Shown here piece after piece: positions 1 to 9,237 of a DNA stretch of 64,000 nucleotides (the stretch's first letter is position 1; each line of letters starts with the position of its first letter). Below the pieces are notes generated by a model. That model was not told the origin of the DNA. It saw only the letters and a program-made list of their open reading frames with translations, and made no database searches. This DNA is from Dehalococcoidia bacterium (GTDB taxonomy: Bacteria > Chloroflexota > Dehalococcoidia > Lucifugimonadales > UBA3495). Location: contig CAXXPD010000003.1 of NCBI GenBank assembly GCA_963666415.2, forward strand, positions 1,501,907 to 1,565,906. Direction: 5' to 3'. A program made the position numbers and the translations under genes.

Positions 1-2
1 AG

Positions 3-803
3 ATGCGGTTGTGGGGCGCCGAAGTGGTTGGCGTGAAGTGCGACGACGAAGGGATGATACCGGAATCGCTGGATGCGACCATCCGGGCGCAGGTCGCTGC
101 CGGCAAGCGGGTCAAGTTCCTGTATACCATCCCGACTTTTCAGAATCCGTTGGGCTGGACGATGACGCTGGAACGCCGGCGCCGTGCTCTGGAGATTTGC
201 CAAAGCCACAGCGTGCCCGTTCTCGAGGATGACTGCTACGTCGATTTGCGGTTTGAAGGGGAGGATGTAACGTCAATCAGTAGCATGGATGATTCCGGAC
301 AGGTGCTGTACGTTGGGTCAATGTCGAAAATCATAGCGCCAGGCGTCCGCATGGGTTATGTGGTGGCGCCAGAATCGGTGCGACAGCGGGCGACGAGTTT
401 CAAGTCCGGCGGCGTCAATCAATTTGCGGCGTTGGCGATTGAAGAATATCTCCGCAACAATATGTACGACCACATTGACGAGGAGAACCAGGCGCTCCGC
501 GTGAAACGCGACGCCATGCTGGCGGCCTTGGGCGAACACTTCGGCAATCGCGCTACCTGGTCCCGGCCCGAGGGGGGCCTCTATGTCTGGCTGACGATGC
601 CGGAAGGTACCGACCTGGCGGGTTTTCAGAACCAGTGTTTTGACGAAGGGGTGGGCTACTACAACGGAACTATGTTCTCGCCGGAAGGCAATGGTTCGAA
701 CCTGGCCCGTCTCTGTTTCGGGCATCCAACTGCAGATACGGTATCTGCGGGCATCGCCGAATTGGCCGCCATTTTCGAGCGAAATGGTATTTTCCGGAGT
801 TAG
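3..803 (+). CDS. PLP-dependent aminotransferase, class I/II fold (5' end outside window)
   Basis: ORF is open to the window start. Contains the SMSKIIAPGVRMGY PLP-lysine type motif and the overall aminotransferase pattern. TAG stop is followed by a hairpin terminator. Confidence 0.85.
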   Translation: MRLWGAEVVGVKCDDEGMIPESLDATIRAQVAAGKRVKFLYTIPTFQNPLGWTMTLERRRRALEICQSHSVPVLEDDCYVDLRFEGEDVTSISSMDDSGQVLYVGSMSKIIAPGVRMGYVVAPESVRQRATSFKSGGVNQFAALAIEEYLRNNMYDHIDEENQALRVKRDAMLAALGEHFGNRATWSRPEGGLYVWLTMPEGTDLAGFQNQCFDEGVGYYNGTMFSPEGNGSNLARLCFGHPTADTVSAGIAELAAIFERNGIFRS

Positions 804-825
804 TTTCGGTACCTAACGGCCGGCG

Positions 826-872
826 AAAAGCCCCGGTGCCCGAATGATTCGGAACTGCGCCGGGGCTTTTTT
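826..872. terminator. Bidirectional intrinsic terminator between convergent aminotransferase and fbp
   Basis: Stem AAAAGCCCCGG (826-836) pairs with CCGGGGC (860-866) and is followed by T6 (867-872). The A-run on the other side would serve the minus-strand gene. Confidence 0.7.
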
Positions 873-893
873 GCGTTGCTGTTTCGTCGCTCG

Positions 894-2075
894 TTAGTCG
901 TTGTCGGCAGTGGTGGTGGCAGTTTCGGCGGCGGGCTGATGTCCATTGGTGCGGATGGCGAACCTGGCCACCAGGTCGCCGATGGAGTGGCGGAAGCCCG
1001 AGTATTCCAGCTCTCCGTAGGGCAGCATGGCCGCGCCAGACCAACCCTGTGAGCGCATTTCGATGCCCTTTTGCTGCGCCAGCTGGCGGGTGTAATCCCA
1101 GGCCGGGTTGTCGAAGAAATCGGTCGATGATTCTGAAAACTTGCCTTCTGCGCTAATGCTGAAACCGACGCAGGAAATCAGAGGCAGGCAGTACATACCC
1201 GTAACGGCGGTATTGATTGCCACCGGCATCAGCGGCATTACGTGAGAGCCGCGAGCGTCCCCGCCAATGTAGTGGGCCTTCGTGTAGGGAGAAATCAATT
1301 CTTCCGGAGCCGGGAAGATACCTTGGTTGCGAACCACGGCAACTGGATCATCCTTGCCGGTGTAGCTGCCAGCAATATTGTGCAGGCGGGTGGCCGATAT
1401 CGCGGCGGCGGTTTGCCCGCAGTAGCGGGATGTAATGCTCTCAATGGCAAACCGTTCGTTGTCGCGCAACAACACGGTCATTTTGTAATAATCCTCGGGC
1501 GCGTTCAGCGAAATGATGCTGTCGCCATCGGTATTGTCCATGTCGATGATGTTGAAGGTGAAGCCTTCGCCCAGACGCGGCAGCATTAGTCCGGCGCAGT
1601 ACATGGGGTCGGCGAACCCGAGGAACATCGGCAAGTTGTAGGCGCCTGGGCCACATTTGTCGGCGGCCAGAACGAAGAACGACTCCGCCGGCCGCAGGGG
1701 GTTGGTCTTGATCGGATCGTGGTCGAAGGTGATCTCGGCTACGGCTGGGCCAGCTCCGCGTATGTTACCCGAAGGGGCGTCAACGAGCAGGTCCTGACCA
1801 GCTCCGTAAAGGCCGTACTGGCGGGCGATTTCGGTTGCCTCCAGGAAGGTGTTCCAGGCAAACTGGTGCACGGCATCGTCGTTGTCGCCCCGAGTGTGGG
1901 TGGTGGTCATGCAGATGTCATCGCCGGTGTGCCCGACGTAGGCATCAATCAACAGTCCGTCGCGGATCGCCCTTTCAGTTGCGGCGCGGACGGCTGCCAT
2001 CATTCGGTCCGACGGTTTGGTGTGCCCGCCAATTGAACCAACGTCAGCTTTCAGCACCGAAATCGTCAAATCCAT
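894..2075 (-). CDS. fbp: Fructose-1,6-bisphosphate aldolase/phosphatase (class V, archaeal-type FBPase)
   Basis: N-terminus ISVLKADVGSIGGHTKP, with GDDICMTTTHTRG, YGAGQDLL and GSHVMPLMPV, matches the remembered Sulfolobus/Thermoproteus class V FBPase along its full length (393 aa). Confidence 0.9.
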   Translation of the reverse strand: MDLTISVLKADVGSIGGHTKPSDRMMAAVRAATERAIRDGLLIDAYVGHTGDDICMTTTHTRGDNDDAVHQFAWNTFLEATEIARQYGLYGAGQDLLVDAPSGNIRGAGPAVAEITFDHDPIKTNPLRPAESFFVLAADKCGPGAYNLPMFLGFADPMYCAGLMLPRLGEGFTFNIIDMDNTDGDSIISLNAPEDYYKMTVLLRDNERFAIESITSRYCGQTAAAISATRLHNIAGSYTGKDDPVAVVRNQGIFPAPEELISPYTKAHYIGGDARGSHVMPLMPVAINTAVTGMYCLPLISCVGFSISAEGKFSESSTDFFDNPAWDYTRQLAQQKGIEMRSQGWSGAAMLPYGELEYSGFRHSIGDLVARFAIRTNGHQPAAETATTTADND

Positions 2076-2201
2076 TTGTTAACTCCCTTCGTCGCGTTGA
2101 CTCATTTTAAGCGCAAAAAAGCGCGGTTCAACGCTGCTCGTTACCGCTCGATTTTCTTATGTTACGATAGCACCTCCCTGATTGGCCTGTCAATTTCCGC
2201 C

Positions 2202-2211
2202 GTGTTTCGCC
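2202..2211. repeat. Left copy of 10-bp target-site duplication GTGTTTCGCC
   Basis: The identical 10-mer directly abuts both IS ends (2202-2211 and 3383-3392). Confidence 0.85.
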
Positions 2212-3382
2212 CAGGGTCTTTCAGTTTTCAGAAGAAGCCTTAGACTGGGGGTATGAACACGACGGAACTAGCGCAAAGCCTGCCCGCCGTCCTGGCTTCG
2301 GTGCCGGACCCCCGGGGATTGCGGGGACGGCGTCATCCTCTGCCGGCCATCCTGACGCTGGCCGTCTGCGCCATGCTCTCCGGGGCCCGCAGCCTCTACG
2401 CGATTCATCAATGGGGCCGCCAGCAAGATGCCGCCACGGTGCAGGCCATGGGTTTCACCCGGCCCAGGACGCCAGCGGTGGGCAGCCTTCATACCGTATT
2501 CCGTCGGCTGGACGCGGCCGCCTTCGAGACCGCTCTGGCCGGGTGGAGCCGGGCGGGACTGCCGGAGGGGAGCGCCATTGCGGTGGACGGCAAAGCCCTG
2601 CGGGGGATTCACGGCCAAGAGTTGCCCGGGGTGCGCCTGGTGGCCGGATATGCTCACGAATCCAGCCTGGTGGTAGGGCAAAAGGGGGGTGGGGCCGGTA
2701 CAGGGGGAACTGACAACGGCCCGGCAACTGACCGCGGAACTGCTGCCGGTGGCGGGTAACGTGATTACCGGGGATGCCTTGTATTGTCAGCGGGACTATT
2801 GCCAACAGTTGCTGGACGCTGGGGGTGACTATCTGGTCATCGTGAAAAAGAACCAGCGGGAACTGTACGATGCCATTGCCTTGGCGTTTGCGGAGCCGGT
2901 GTGGGGAGCCCAGTACCGGCAGGCCCGGCGGCGGGGCCGTCACGGGGATCGCTGGGAGACGAGGCAGTTGCGGGCTACGGAGGCGCTGAATGAATACCTG
3001 GACTGGCCCGGGGTGCGGCAGGTCTGCCAAGTGCGGCGGCGGGTGGAACAGAAGGGGAGCGTGTCTATGGAGACGCGCTACGCTATCACCAGCCTGGGGA
3101 GGGAGACCGGGCCGGGGAAACTGCTGGAGTATGTACGGGGCCACTGGGGAATTGAGAACCGGCTGCACTACGTCCGGGATGTGACCCTGGGGGAGGACGC
3201 ATCCCAGGTGAGAACCGGGGCGGCGCCTCAGGTGATGGCGGCATTGCGCAACGTGGTCTTGGGACTGCTGCGGAGCGGTGGAGAGACCAACATCGCGGCG
3301 GCAATACGGCGCATCGGCTGGGCGCCTGGCCAAGCCTTAGCCATCCTTGGCTTGGCCAATCCTTGAAAACTGAAAGACCCTG
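2212..3382 (+). mobile_element. ISAs1-family insertion sequence (1171 bp)
   Basis: Perfect 19-bp terminal inverted repeats: CAGGGTCTTTCAGTTTTCA at 2212-2230 and its reverse complement at 3364-3382. Flanked by a 10-bp direct duplication. Encodes an ISAs1-type DDE transposase. Confidence 0.9.
2253..3366 (+). pseudogene. ISAs1-family transposase, reading frame split by a +1 frameshift
   Basis: The N-terminal part (2253-2759) has the DDE_Tnp_1-associated motif VPDPRGLRGRRHPLPAILTLAVCAMLSGA. The C-terminal DDE part (2689-3366) is in the +1 frame. The frames join if one G is removed from the G6 run at 2684-2689. Confidence 0.8.
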
Positions 3383-3392
3383 GTGTTTCGCC
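3383..3392. repeat. Right copy of 10-bp target-site duplication GTGTTTCGCC
   Basis: See the left copy. Confidence 0.85.
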
Positions 3393-3544
3393 ATGGTTGG
3401 TTGCGATTTTGCACAGCAACCATCGGAATAGCGGGCTGCGCAGCTGATTCGGTCAGCTATCAGGTAGCAACCTCCTGTATCGGTTCGTTGAAGGCACAAA
3501 CGCGGGGCTACCAGTGCGCGGGTTCAATGGACGTTGCAGCCTGT

Positions 3545-3574
3545 TTGCCGACTCTTACGAATTACCGTTATAAT
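3545..3574 (+). promoter_or_regulatory. Candidate sigma70-type promoter for the 3604 gene
   Basis: TTGCCG (3545-3550), an 18-nt spacer, then TATAAT (3569-3574), 30 nt upstream of the ATG. Confidence 0.4.
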
Positions 3575-3603
3575 GGACGCAACGGCAACGGATGTAAGTA
3601 CGC

Positions 3604-4383
3604 ATGAACGAATGGCTCCAAATATTATTGATTCTTTTCGTGGTGTGGTGGACGGCACGTGCGGCCCGAAACAAGGGCCACAATATGTTGATCTGGGCCA
3701 CACTGTCCGCCATCCCCGCGGTGGGTTTGGTTCCCGGTTTCCCAGACGGCCTGACGGCGCTGTGCATGTTCCCAATGCTGGCACTGATGTTCGTACCGGC
3801 GCGGCGTCCGGTCGAAGCCGAGGAGGAGGAAGACACCACGGTGGCCTGCCCAAGGTGTCAACACGTCCATGACCCGGGCCCGAGTTTTTGCACCAACTGC
3901 GGATGGGAGCTTGCCAGGGTATACGCCAGCGAGGATGGAGCTGCGGACCCCGCGGAGGCAACGGCTACGACGCTACCCACCGGCACCGAAACGGTTGGTG
4001 ATTCCCCTGGAATTGCTGAGGAAGGGGCGGCACCAACTCCGGTAGCCGAACCTGTCCTGGCGTCAACGCAAAATAACCCGGCCACACCGGAACCTGCCGG
4101 CGTGGGCGCAACTGCAGACGCGGCGCCCGGCATTGAGCCGATTTCTGGATTCACCGCTGAGCCTCTCAAAATTTCGCTATCCCTTACTGCTGCCGGCATG
4201 ACGGACCGAGGATTGGCGCTGGTCAACCAGGGGCGCGTTCGCGAGGCAGTCGATCAGTTCACCAAGGCGATTGCTCTGGATCCCCGTTACCGCGAGGCAT
4301 GGGCCAACCGCGCCAAAGCGTACAGCGAACTGGGACTCAGCGAAAAGGCGGCTGCCGATCGACAGCAACTTGAAGCAATCTGA
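3604..4383 (+). CDS. Membrane-anchored zinc-ribbon / TPR protein (hypothetical)
   Basis: Two N-terminal hydrophobic helices, a CPRC...CTNC zinc ribbon, a Pro/Ala/Thr-rich linker and a C-terminal TPR-like repeat (AIALDPRYREAWANRAKAY). Confidence 0.6.
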   Translation: MNEWLQILLILFVVWWTARAARNKGHNMLIWATLSAIPAVGLVPGFPDGLTALCMFPMLALMFVPARRPVEAEEEEDTTVACPRCQHVHDPGPSFCTNCGWELARVYASEDGAADPAEATATTLPTGTETVGDSPGIAEEGAAPTPVAEPVLASTQNNPATPEPAGVGATADAAPGIEPISGFTAEPLKISLSLTAAGMTDRGLALVNQGRVREAVDQFTKAIALDPRYREAWANRAKAYSELGLSEKAAADRQQLEAI

Positions 4384-4411
4384 ACGCTGATCAATAGTCT
4401 GATTTCCAATG

Positions 4412-4438
4412 CCTGCATCCGACCGATGCGGGCCTTTT
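4412..4438 (+). terminator. Candidate intrinsic terminator
   Basis: CCTGCATC (4412-4419) pairs with GATGCGGG (4425-4432) and is followed by CCTTTTC. Confidence 0.45.
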
Positions 4439-4507
4439 CACTATCGGATGCCGGTGTTTACCTTAGACGAACGGGATGGCAGCGTGGCACGGGGTTGCGG
4501 AGCAGCG

Positions 4508-5281
4508 TCAGACCGCCATGATGTGATATCCGGCATCAACCGGCAGAACTGCGCCGGTAATCGCGCTGGAAAGGTCGCTGCACAGGAACAGCGCGGATTT
4601 GGCAACTTCGTCGGCGGTAATGTTGCGCTGCAATGGAGCTTTTTCGGCGTGTGCGCGTTTCATGTCGAGGAAACCGCTGATTCCACGAGCCGCGAGCGTG
4701 TCCACCGGGCCGGCAGATATTGCATTCACCCTGATGTTGTCGCCGCCGAATTCGTGGGCGAGTTGTCGTACTTCGTGCTCCAGGGCCGCCTTGGCGGTGC
4801 CCATAACGTTGTAGCCGGGATAAACTCGGCTGGAGGCGTTGAAGGTCATCGCAATGACGCTGCCCCCGGATTTCATCAGGGGCGCCGCGTGGCGCACCAT
4901 GGGCAGCAGGGTGAACGCGCTGATTTCCAGTGCGAGACGGAAGCCGTCGCGCCCGGTGTCCGCCAGCCGACCGGACAAATCTTCTCGATTGGCGAAAGCG
5001 ATGCTGTGCACAAGGATGGACAGCGAACCCATCTCGCTGGCCAGCATCTGAAACACCTGCCCGATCTGTTCATCTTCCGAGGCGTCGCAGGGCAGGATTA
5101 CCGCGTCATCCAGCGTGTCGGCAAGGCGCGCTACCCGATCTTTGAGGCGCTCGTTTTGATAGGTCAGCGCGATGCGGGCTCCGGCGTCGGCCAAAGTTTT
5201 GGCGATGGCCCAGGCGATGCTTCGGTCGTTGGCAACGCCAAAGATTACGGCGTTTTTGCCGGAAAGGTCAACTGGATACAC
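4508..5281 (-). CDS. fabI: Enoyl-[acyl-carrier-protein] reductase (NADH)
   Basis: GVANDRSIAWAIAK N-terminal motif, a Y..M...K-type core and typical 257-aa FabI length. Confidence 0.9.
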   Translation of the reverse strand: MYPVDLSGKNAVIFGVANDRSIAWAIAKTLADAGARIALTYQNERLKDRVARLADTLDDAVILPCDASEDEQIGQVFQMLASEMGSLSILVHSIAFANREDLSGRLADTGRDGFRLALEISAFTLLPMVRHAAPLMKSGGSVIAMTFNASSRVYPGYNVMGTAKAALEHEVRQLAHEFGGDNIRVNAISAGPVDTLAARGISGFLDMKRAHAEKAPLQRNITADEVAKSALFLCSDLSSAITGAVLPVDAGYHIMAV

Positions 5282-5303
5282 TCGAAACCTCGCTCAACGA
5301 TTA

Positions 5304-6287
5304 TTAACTGAAGTAAGGGGACACCTGTTCCAGGAAGGTCTGCATCTGCTCTTCCTGTCGGTAGGAGGCAAAACGCACCACGATCTGATCGGCACCGGCT
5401 TCGGCATAAGCCTGGATACGTTCGCGGACCCGTTCGGCGTCGCCAAACGGCCCCCACCGATCCCCCCAGATGTTGGCGCCGTAGTAACCCAGCAACCAGT
5501 CTTCGGCCTCAGCCTGCGCCCGGTTGATGTCTTCGTCGAGGTTTACGGTGAGATACATCACCGAGGACATGGCGCCAGGGTCCCGGCCGTATTCCTCGCA
5601 ATAGCCGCGCACTGTGTTGGTGAGCTCCACAAATTCGTCCGGAGTTGCGGAGATGGAGATGGCTCCATCAGCGAGCCGCGCGGCGCGGCGTGCCTGCCGT
5701 TCCCGTTGTGCGCCCTGGCCGTCGCCGCGCCCGTGCCAGTGCACGCCCAGGTAAACGGGAACACCCCCGGGTTGCACAGGCGCCGGCTCCATTACGGTAT
5801 CGTCGAGCTCAAAGTTTGGTCCGGAATGGGTGAACGGCCGGCCGCTACCCAGTCCCTTGACGACTTTCAGCATTTCTTCCAGCCGACGCACCCGCGTGCG
5901 CTGGTTTACACCGGCGTTGCGCCACTCGGCCTGCTGCATCGGGTTGAACGCGCCTCCCACGCCAATTCCAAGCTGCAACCGGCCACCGGAAATCAGGTCA
6001 ACCGTGCCCATCATTTGAGCCAACAGCACGGGATGTCGCAGGGCCATCAGCATAACGGCTGTTCCCAGTCTCACGCGCGAGGTGCGGGCAGCGATGGCGG
6101 CCAGGGTGGTCATGGCCTCCAGGCGCGGCTTGGCGGTTAAGCTGTCCCCAACCCACACTGAGTCCAGGCCGGCCTCTTCGGCCCACGTGGCGAGTCGCAG
6201 CACGGATTCTGCGTCGGTGGGTTTTTGTTCTGCAAGCAACAGCCCGCGGGTTGGCAATAGGCATCCCAGTTGAACCATGGCGTTCAC
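5304..6287 (-). CDS. LLM-class (luciferase-like) flavin/F420-dependent oxidoreductase
   Basis: Luciferase-like pattern (LGTAVMLMALRHPVLLAQ, GGRLQLGIGVGG). Overlaps cofC by 4 nt, so it is probably in the same operon. Confidence 0.8.
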   Translation of the reverse strand: MNAMVQLGCLLPTRGLLLAEQKPTDAESVLRLATWAEEAGLDSVWVGDSLTAKPRLEAMTTLAAIAARTSRVRLGTAVMLMALRHPVLLAQMMGTVDLISGGRLQLGIGVGGAFNPMQQAEWRNAGVNQRTRVRRLEEMLKVVKGLGSGRPFTHSGPNFELDDTVMEPAPVQPGGVPVYLGVHWHGRGDGQGAQRERQARRAARLADGAISISATPDEFVELTNTVRGYCEEYGRDPGAMSSVMYLTVNLDEDINRAQAEAEDWLLGYYGANIWGDRWGPFGDAERVRERIQAYAEAGADQIVVRFASYRQEEQMQTFLEQVSPYFS

Positions 6288-6955
6288 TGGCCCCCAGTAC
6301 GCCGGGTTCTCATCAGGCGCTCCAGGAGACCAGGCTCCATCACCTCGTATTCGTCCAAGTCCGAACCATCATCCAGGTCAAAACCCATGCCGGAACTGTA
6401 ATAAAAGGCCAACGATACACCCATGCGAGCCGCCGTGGACACGTGCTTGCGGAAACTGTCGCCACCCAACTCGGGCCGGAAATAGGGAATCAGATCGTAA
6501 GGCACCAGGATTGCGTTGGTCCCGCCGTCGCGACGTGCCGGTGACAAGGTTACGTTATGCTGGTGCGCCGCGCTGCGGATCAGCTGGTGGATGTCGCTGG
6601 GTTTGATGAAAGGAAGGTCGCCGGGCAAATACAGCGCCGACACGCCCCGCATCCTGGCGCTTTCGAATGATTTGGTCAGCGTGTCATTCAGGTTGCGACC
6701 CAGGTCCTCCATCCAGATGGCACCCAGGTTCCGGGACAGGTTGCGAACACGCGCGTCGCCGCCAACTACCCAGTAGACCTCAACTCCGGAGCCGCGAATG
6801 GCCAGCAGCACCCGGCGCAACATCCCCAGCGTGAGGTCAGCGCGTTCAGCCGGAGACATGCGTCTTGACAAGCGCGTTTTGCAATCCGCCAGCCGCTTCA
6901 TCGGTATCACTGGCACGACCGTTGGGTTGCTATTGACCGGTGTGTCGGTGGTCAT
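6284..6955 (-). CDS. cofC: 2-phospho-L-lactate (or PEP) guanylyltransferase
   Basis: VIPMKRLADCKTRLS N-terminal motif of CofC/FbiD. 4-nt overlap with cofD. Confidence 0.85.
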   Translation of the reverse strand: MTTDTPVNSNPTVVPVIPMKRLADCKTRLSRRMSPAERADLTLGMLRRVLLAIRGSGVEVYWVVGGDARVRNLSRNLGAIWMEDLGRNLNDTLTKSFESARMRGVSALYLPGDLPFIKPSDIHQLIRSAAHQHNVTLSPARRDGGTNAILVPYDLIPYFRPELGGDSFRKHVSTAARMGVSLAFYYSSGMGFDLDDGSDLDEYEVMEPGLLERLMRTRRTGGQ

Positions 6956-7914
6956 ACCGCACGCTCCACTCGGCGTGCCAGTTCCAAAACTGATTTCGCC
7001 AGCGCTATTTTGTCGGCATCGTTGTTCATGATTGTATTTGTCACGACCGGGTGGATTCCTTCGTGAGAGATGTCGTCAGCGATGTCTGCATCTTGCGAAT
7101 CTACCACCAGGATGTCGCACAAGTCCCGGTATTCCCGTGCCACACCGACCGACGAAACCGTCCCGCCCAACTCTGCCATGATTTTACCGGCCGGACCGCG
7201 CACCGCTGCGCCGCCCACGATTGGACTTACCGCGATTCGGTTACCGGAGCGCGCTAAAATTGCATCCCGAACGCCGGGAATAGCCATGATCGGAGCCACG
7301 CTGAGATATGGGTTCGACGGGCAAAAAATTATGGTTTCACACTCTTGCAATGCCTTCGCAAACGCCGGAGAAGGTTTCGCTGCGGCGGCGCCGACGTAGC
7401 GAATGGCGTTCACTTTGGGTTCAGCGCGGTAACGGACAAAATACTCCTGCATGGCCAGAGTTCCGGCGTCGGTGTCGAGGACAGTTCGCACCGGGTCGTC
7501 GCTCATCGGAATGACGCTGTGCTGGATGCCGAGTCGTCCGGTCAACTCGGCGGTAACTTCGGACAGCGTGGCACCGTGCCGCAACAGCTCGGTGCGCCGA
7601 ATGTGCATGGCAAAGTCCAGGTCACCCAAGTTGAACCAGGTATCGGAGCCGAGCCGGTTGAGCATCCCCAAGGTGTTAAAACTGTCGCCAGACATGCCCC
7701 AACCGGTCTCCTGATTGTACAAACCCGACAACGTGTACGTCATCGTGTCCAAGTCGGGTGAGACGTGCAGACCGTGGAACTCTTCGTCGTCGCCGGTGTT
7801 GACGACGATAGTCAGGCGCTCCGGCGGCAGGATTCTAGTGAGGCCCAATGCAAGCTTGGCGCCACCGACTCCCCCGGCGAGAGCCAGTACCAGCCCGTGA
7901 GCGGTTCCCTCCAC
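6952..7914 (-). CDS. cofD: 2-phospho-L-lactate transferase
   Basis: LAGGVGGAKL glycine-rich motif and CofD length (320 aa). Confidence 0.9.
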   Translation of the reverse strand: MEGTAHGLVLALAGGVGGAKLALGLTRILPPERLTIVVNTGDDEEFHGLHVSPDLDTMTYTLSGLYNQETGWGMSGDSFNTLGMLNRLGSDTWFNLGDLDFAMHIRRTELLRHGATLSEVTAELTGRLGIQHSVIPMSDDPVRTVLDTDAGTLAMQEYFVRYRAEPKVNAIRYVGAAAAKPSPAFAKALQECETIIFCPSNPYLSVAPIMAIPGVRDAILARSGNRIAVSPIVGGAAVRGPAGKIMAELGGTVSSVGVAREYRDLCDILVVDSQDADIADDISHEGIHPVVTNTIMNNDADKIALAKSVLELARRVERAV

Positions 7915-7917
7915 CGT

Positions 7918-9237
7918 CTAAACCTGCTGTTGGGCTTCCGCCCGCTCGCGCTCAGCGCGCGGGTGCTCGAAACGGTAAGTGTCGAGTTTAACCAGCTGGT
8001 TGTAGGAACCGAAGATTTCCTCTACGTTATCGCCGACCAGATCCAGCGGGTCCACAATCTCATCAACTTCGCTGAACACACGTCGCAGGCCGTAGGTTGT
8101 GTAGCGTTCTGCGGGCGTGCGTCCCGCTTCCCGGATCATGCCGCGGAACTCAGCCGGCCGCATCAGCTGACCGTGGGCGGCGCCGGCGGAGGTGGAAATA
8201 CTTTCGTTGATCAGCGTGCCGCCAAGGTCGTTGACGCCGGCGGTCAGCAGCAGTTGCGACATCCGGCTGCCTTCTTTGACCCAGGACGCCTGGATGTTGG
8301 GGATCCAATTATTCAACATTACGCGGGCGATGGCGTGCACCTTCACTACGTCCATTCCGGACGGGCCGGAACGCACATTGTCCACCGTACCCTGCAGAAA
8401 CATGGGGGCTTCCGAGTTGACGAAACTCAGCGGAACGAACTCGGTGAAACCGCCGGTGGTTTTCTGGATGTCTCTCAGCAGGGCGATGTGCTTGACGATT
8501 TGGGTGTTGGTTTCGACGTGGCCGAACATTACCGTGGACGTGGTGGGTATGCCCAGGTCATGAGCGGTAGTTATAACCTCAATCCATTGGTCAACCGTGA
8601 TGCGACCCGGCGAAATGAGGTCGCGCAAATCCTGGTCCAGCACCTCAGCGGAGGTTCCGGGCAAGCTGCCCACTCCGGCGTCCTTCAGGCCCTGCAGGTA
8701 GTCTCGAATCGAGCACTTGGAACGTATCGAGCCGTACAGCACCTCCTCCGGGGAGAACCCGTGGACGTGCATATCCGGGAGTTCCTCTTTGATGGCTGCG
8801 CACAGCTTGATGTAGAGGTCGCCCTCCATCTGGGGCGGCAAACCGGCCTGGACGCACACTTCGGTTGCGCCGTACTGCTGGGCTTCTTTAGCGCGTCGAA
8901 TTATCTCGTTGACAGGCAGGAAATAACCTTCTTCCTGCCTAAAGTCGCGACTGAAGGCGCAGAAGCCGCAGCGCTTGATGCACACGTTGGTAAAGTTGAT
9001 GTTCCGGTTGACTACATAGGTCACCAGGTCGCCAACGGCTCGACGGCGAAGTTCATCCGCAACCATCATAAGCGCGGTGAATTCAGGCCCATGAGTTTCG
9101 AAAAGAACCTCCCCGTCCGAAACCGAAATGTCTTCGCCACCAAGGGCGCGATCCAGCACCGAGGCCACTTCGGGGCGCAACGTTGACACCAAAGCCGACA
9201 TCGTTGCGGGTGAGTTCTGGTTATTGGATTCCGGCAT
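7918..9237 (-). CDS. cofH: FO synthase subunit 2 (radical SAM)
   Basis: TYVVNRNINFTNVCIKRCGFCAF matches the C-terminal (CofH) half of FbiC. Confidence 0.9.
   Translation of the reverse strand: MPESNNQNSPATMSALVSTLRPEVASVLDRALGGEDISVSDGEVLFETHGPEFTALMMVADELRRRAVGDLVTYVVNRNINFTNVCIKRCGFCAFSRDFRQEEGYFLPVNEIIRRAKEAQQYGATEVCVQAGLPPQMEGDLYIKLCAAIKEELPDMHVHGFSPEEVLYGSIRSKCSIRDYLQGLKDAGVGSLPGTSAEVLDQDLRDLISPGRITVDQWIEVITTAHDLGIPTTSTVMFGHVETNTQIVKHIALLRDIQKTTGGFTEFVPLSFVNSEAPMFLQGTVDNVRSGPSGMDVVKVHAIARVMLNNWIPNIQASWVKEGSRMSQLLLTAGVNDLGGTLINESISTSAGAAHGQLMRPAEFRGMIREAGRTPAERYTTYGLRRVFSEVDEIVDPLDLVGDNVEEIFGSYNQLVKLDTYRFEHPRAERERAEAQQQV

Noticed and set aside
7765-9186. Long plus-strand ORF (473 aa) antisense to cofH. 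Similar long antisense ORFs occur at 4409-5311, 5172-6140, 12044-13333, 18574-19599, 22738-23748, 26710-27528, 34062-35396, 38462-39874, 53581-54471 and 54671-55654.
   Set aside because: All lie opposite genes with unmistakable family motifs. Their products are Arg/Gly/Ala/Pro-rich low-complexity strings, typical of stop-poor antisense frames in GC-rich DNA.
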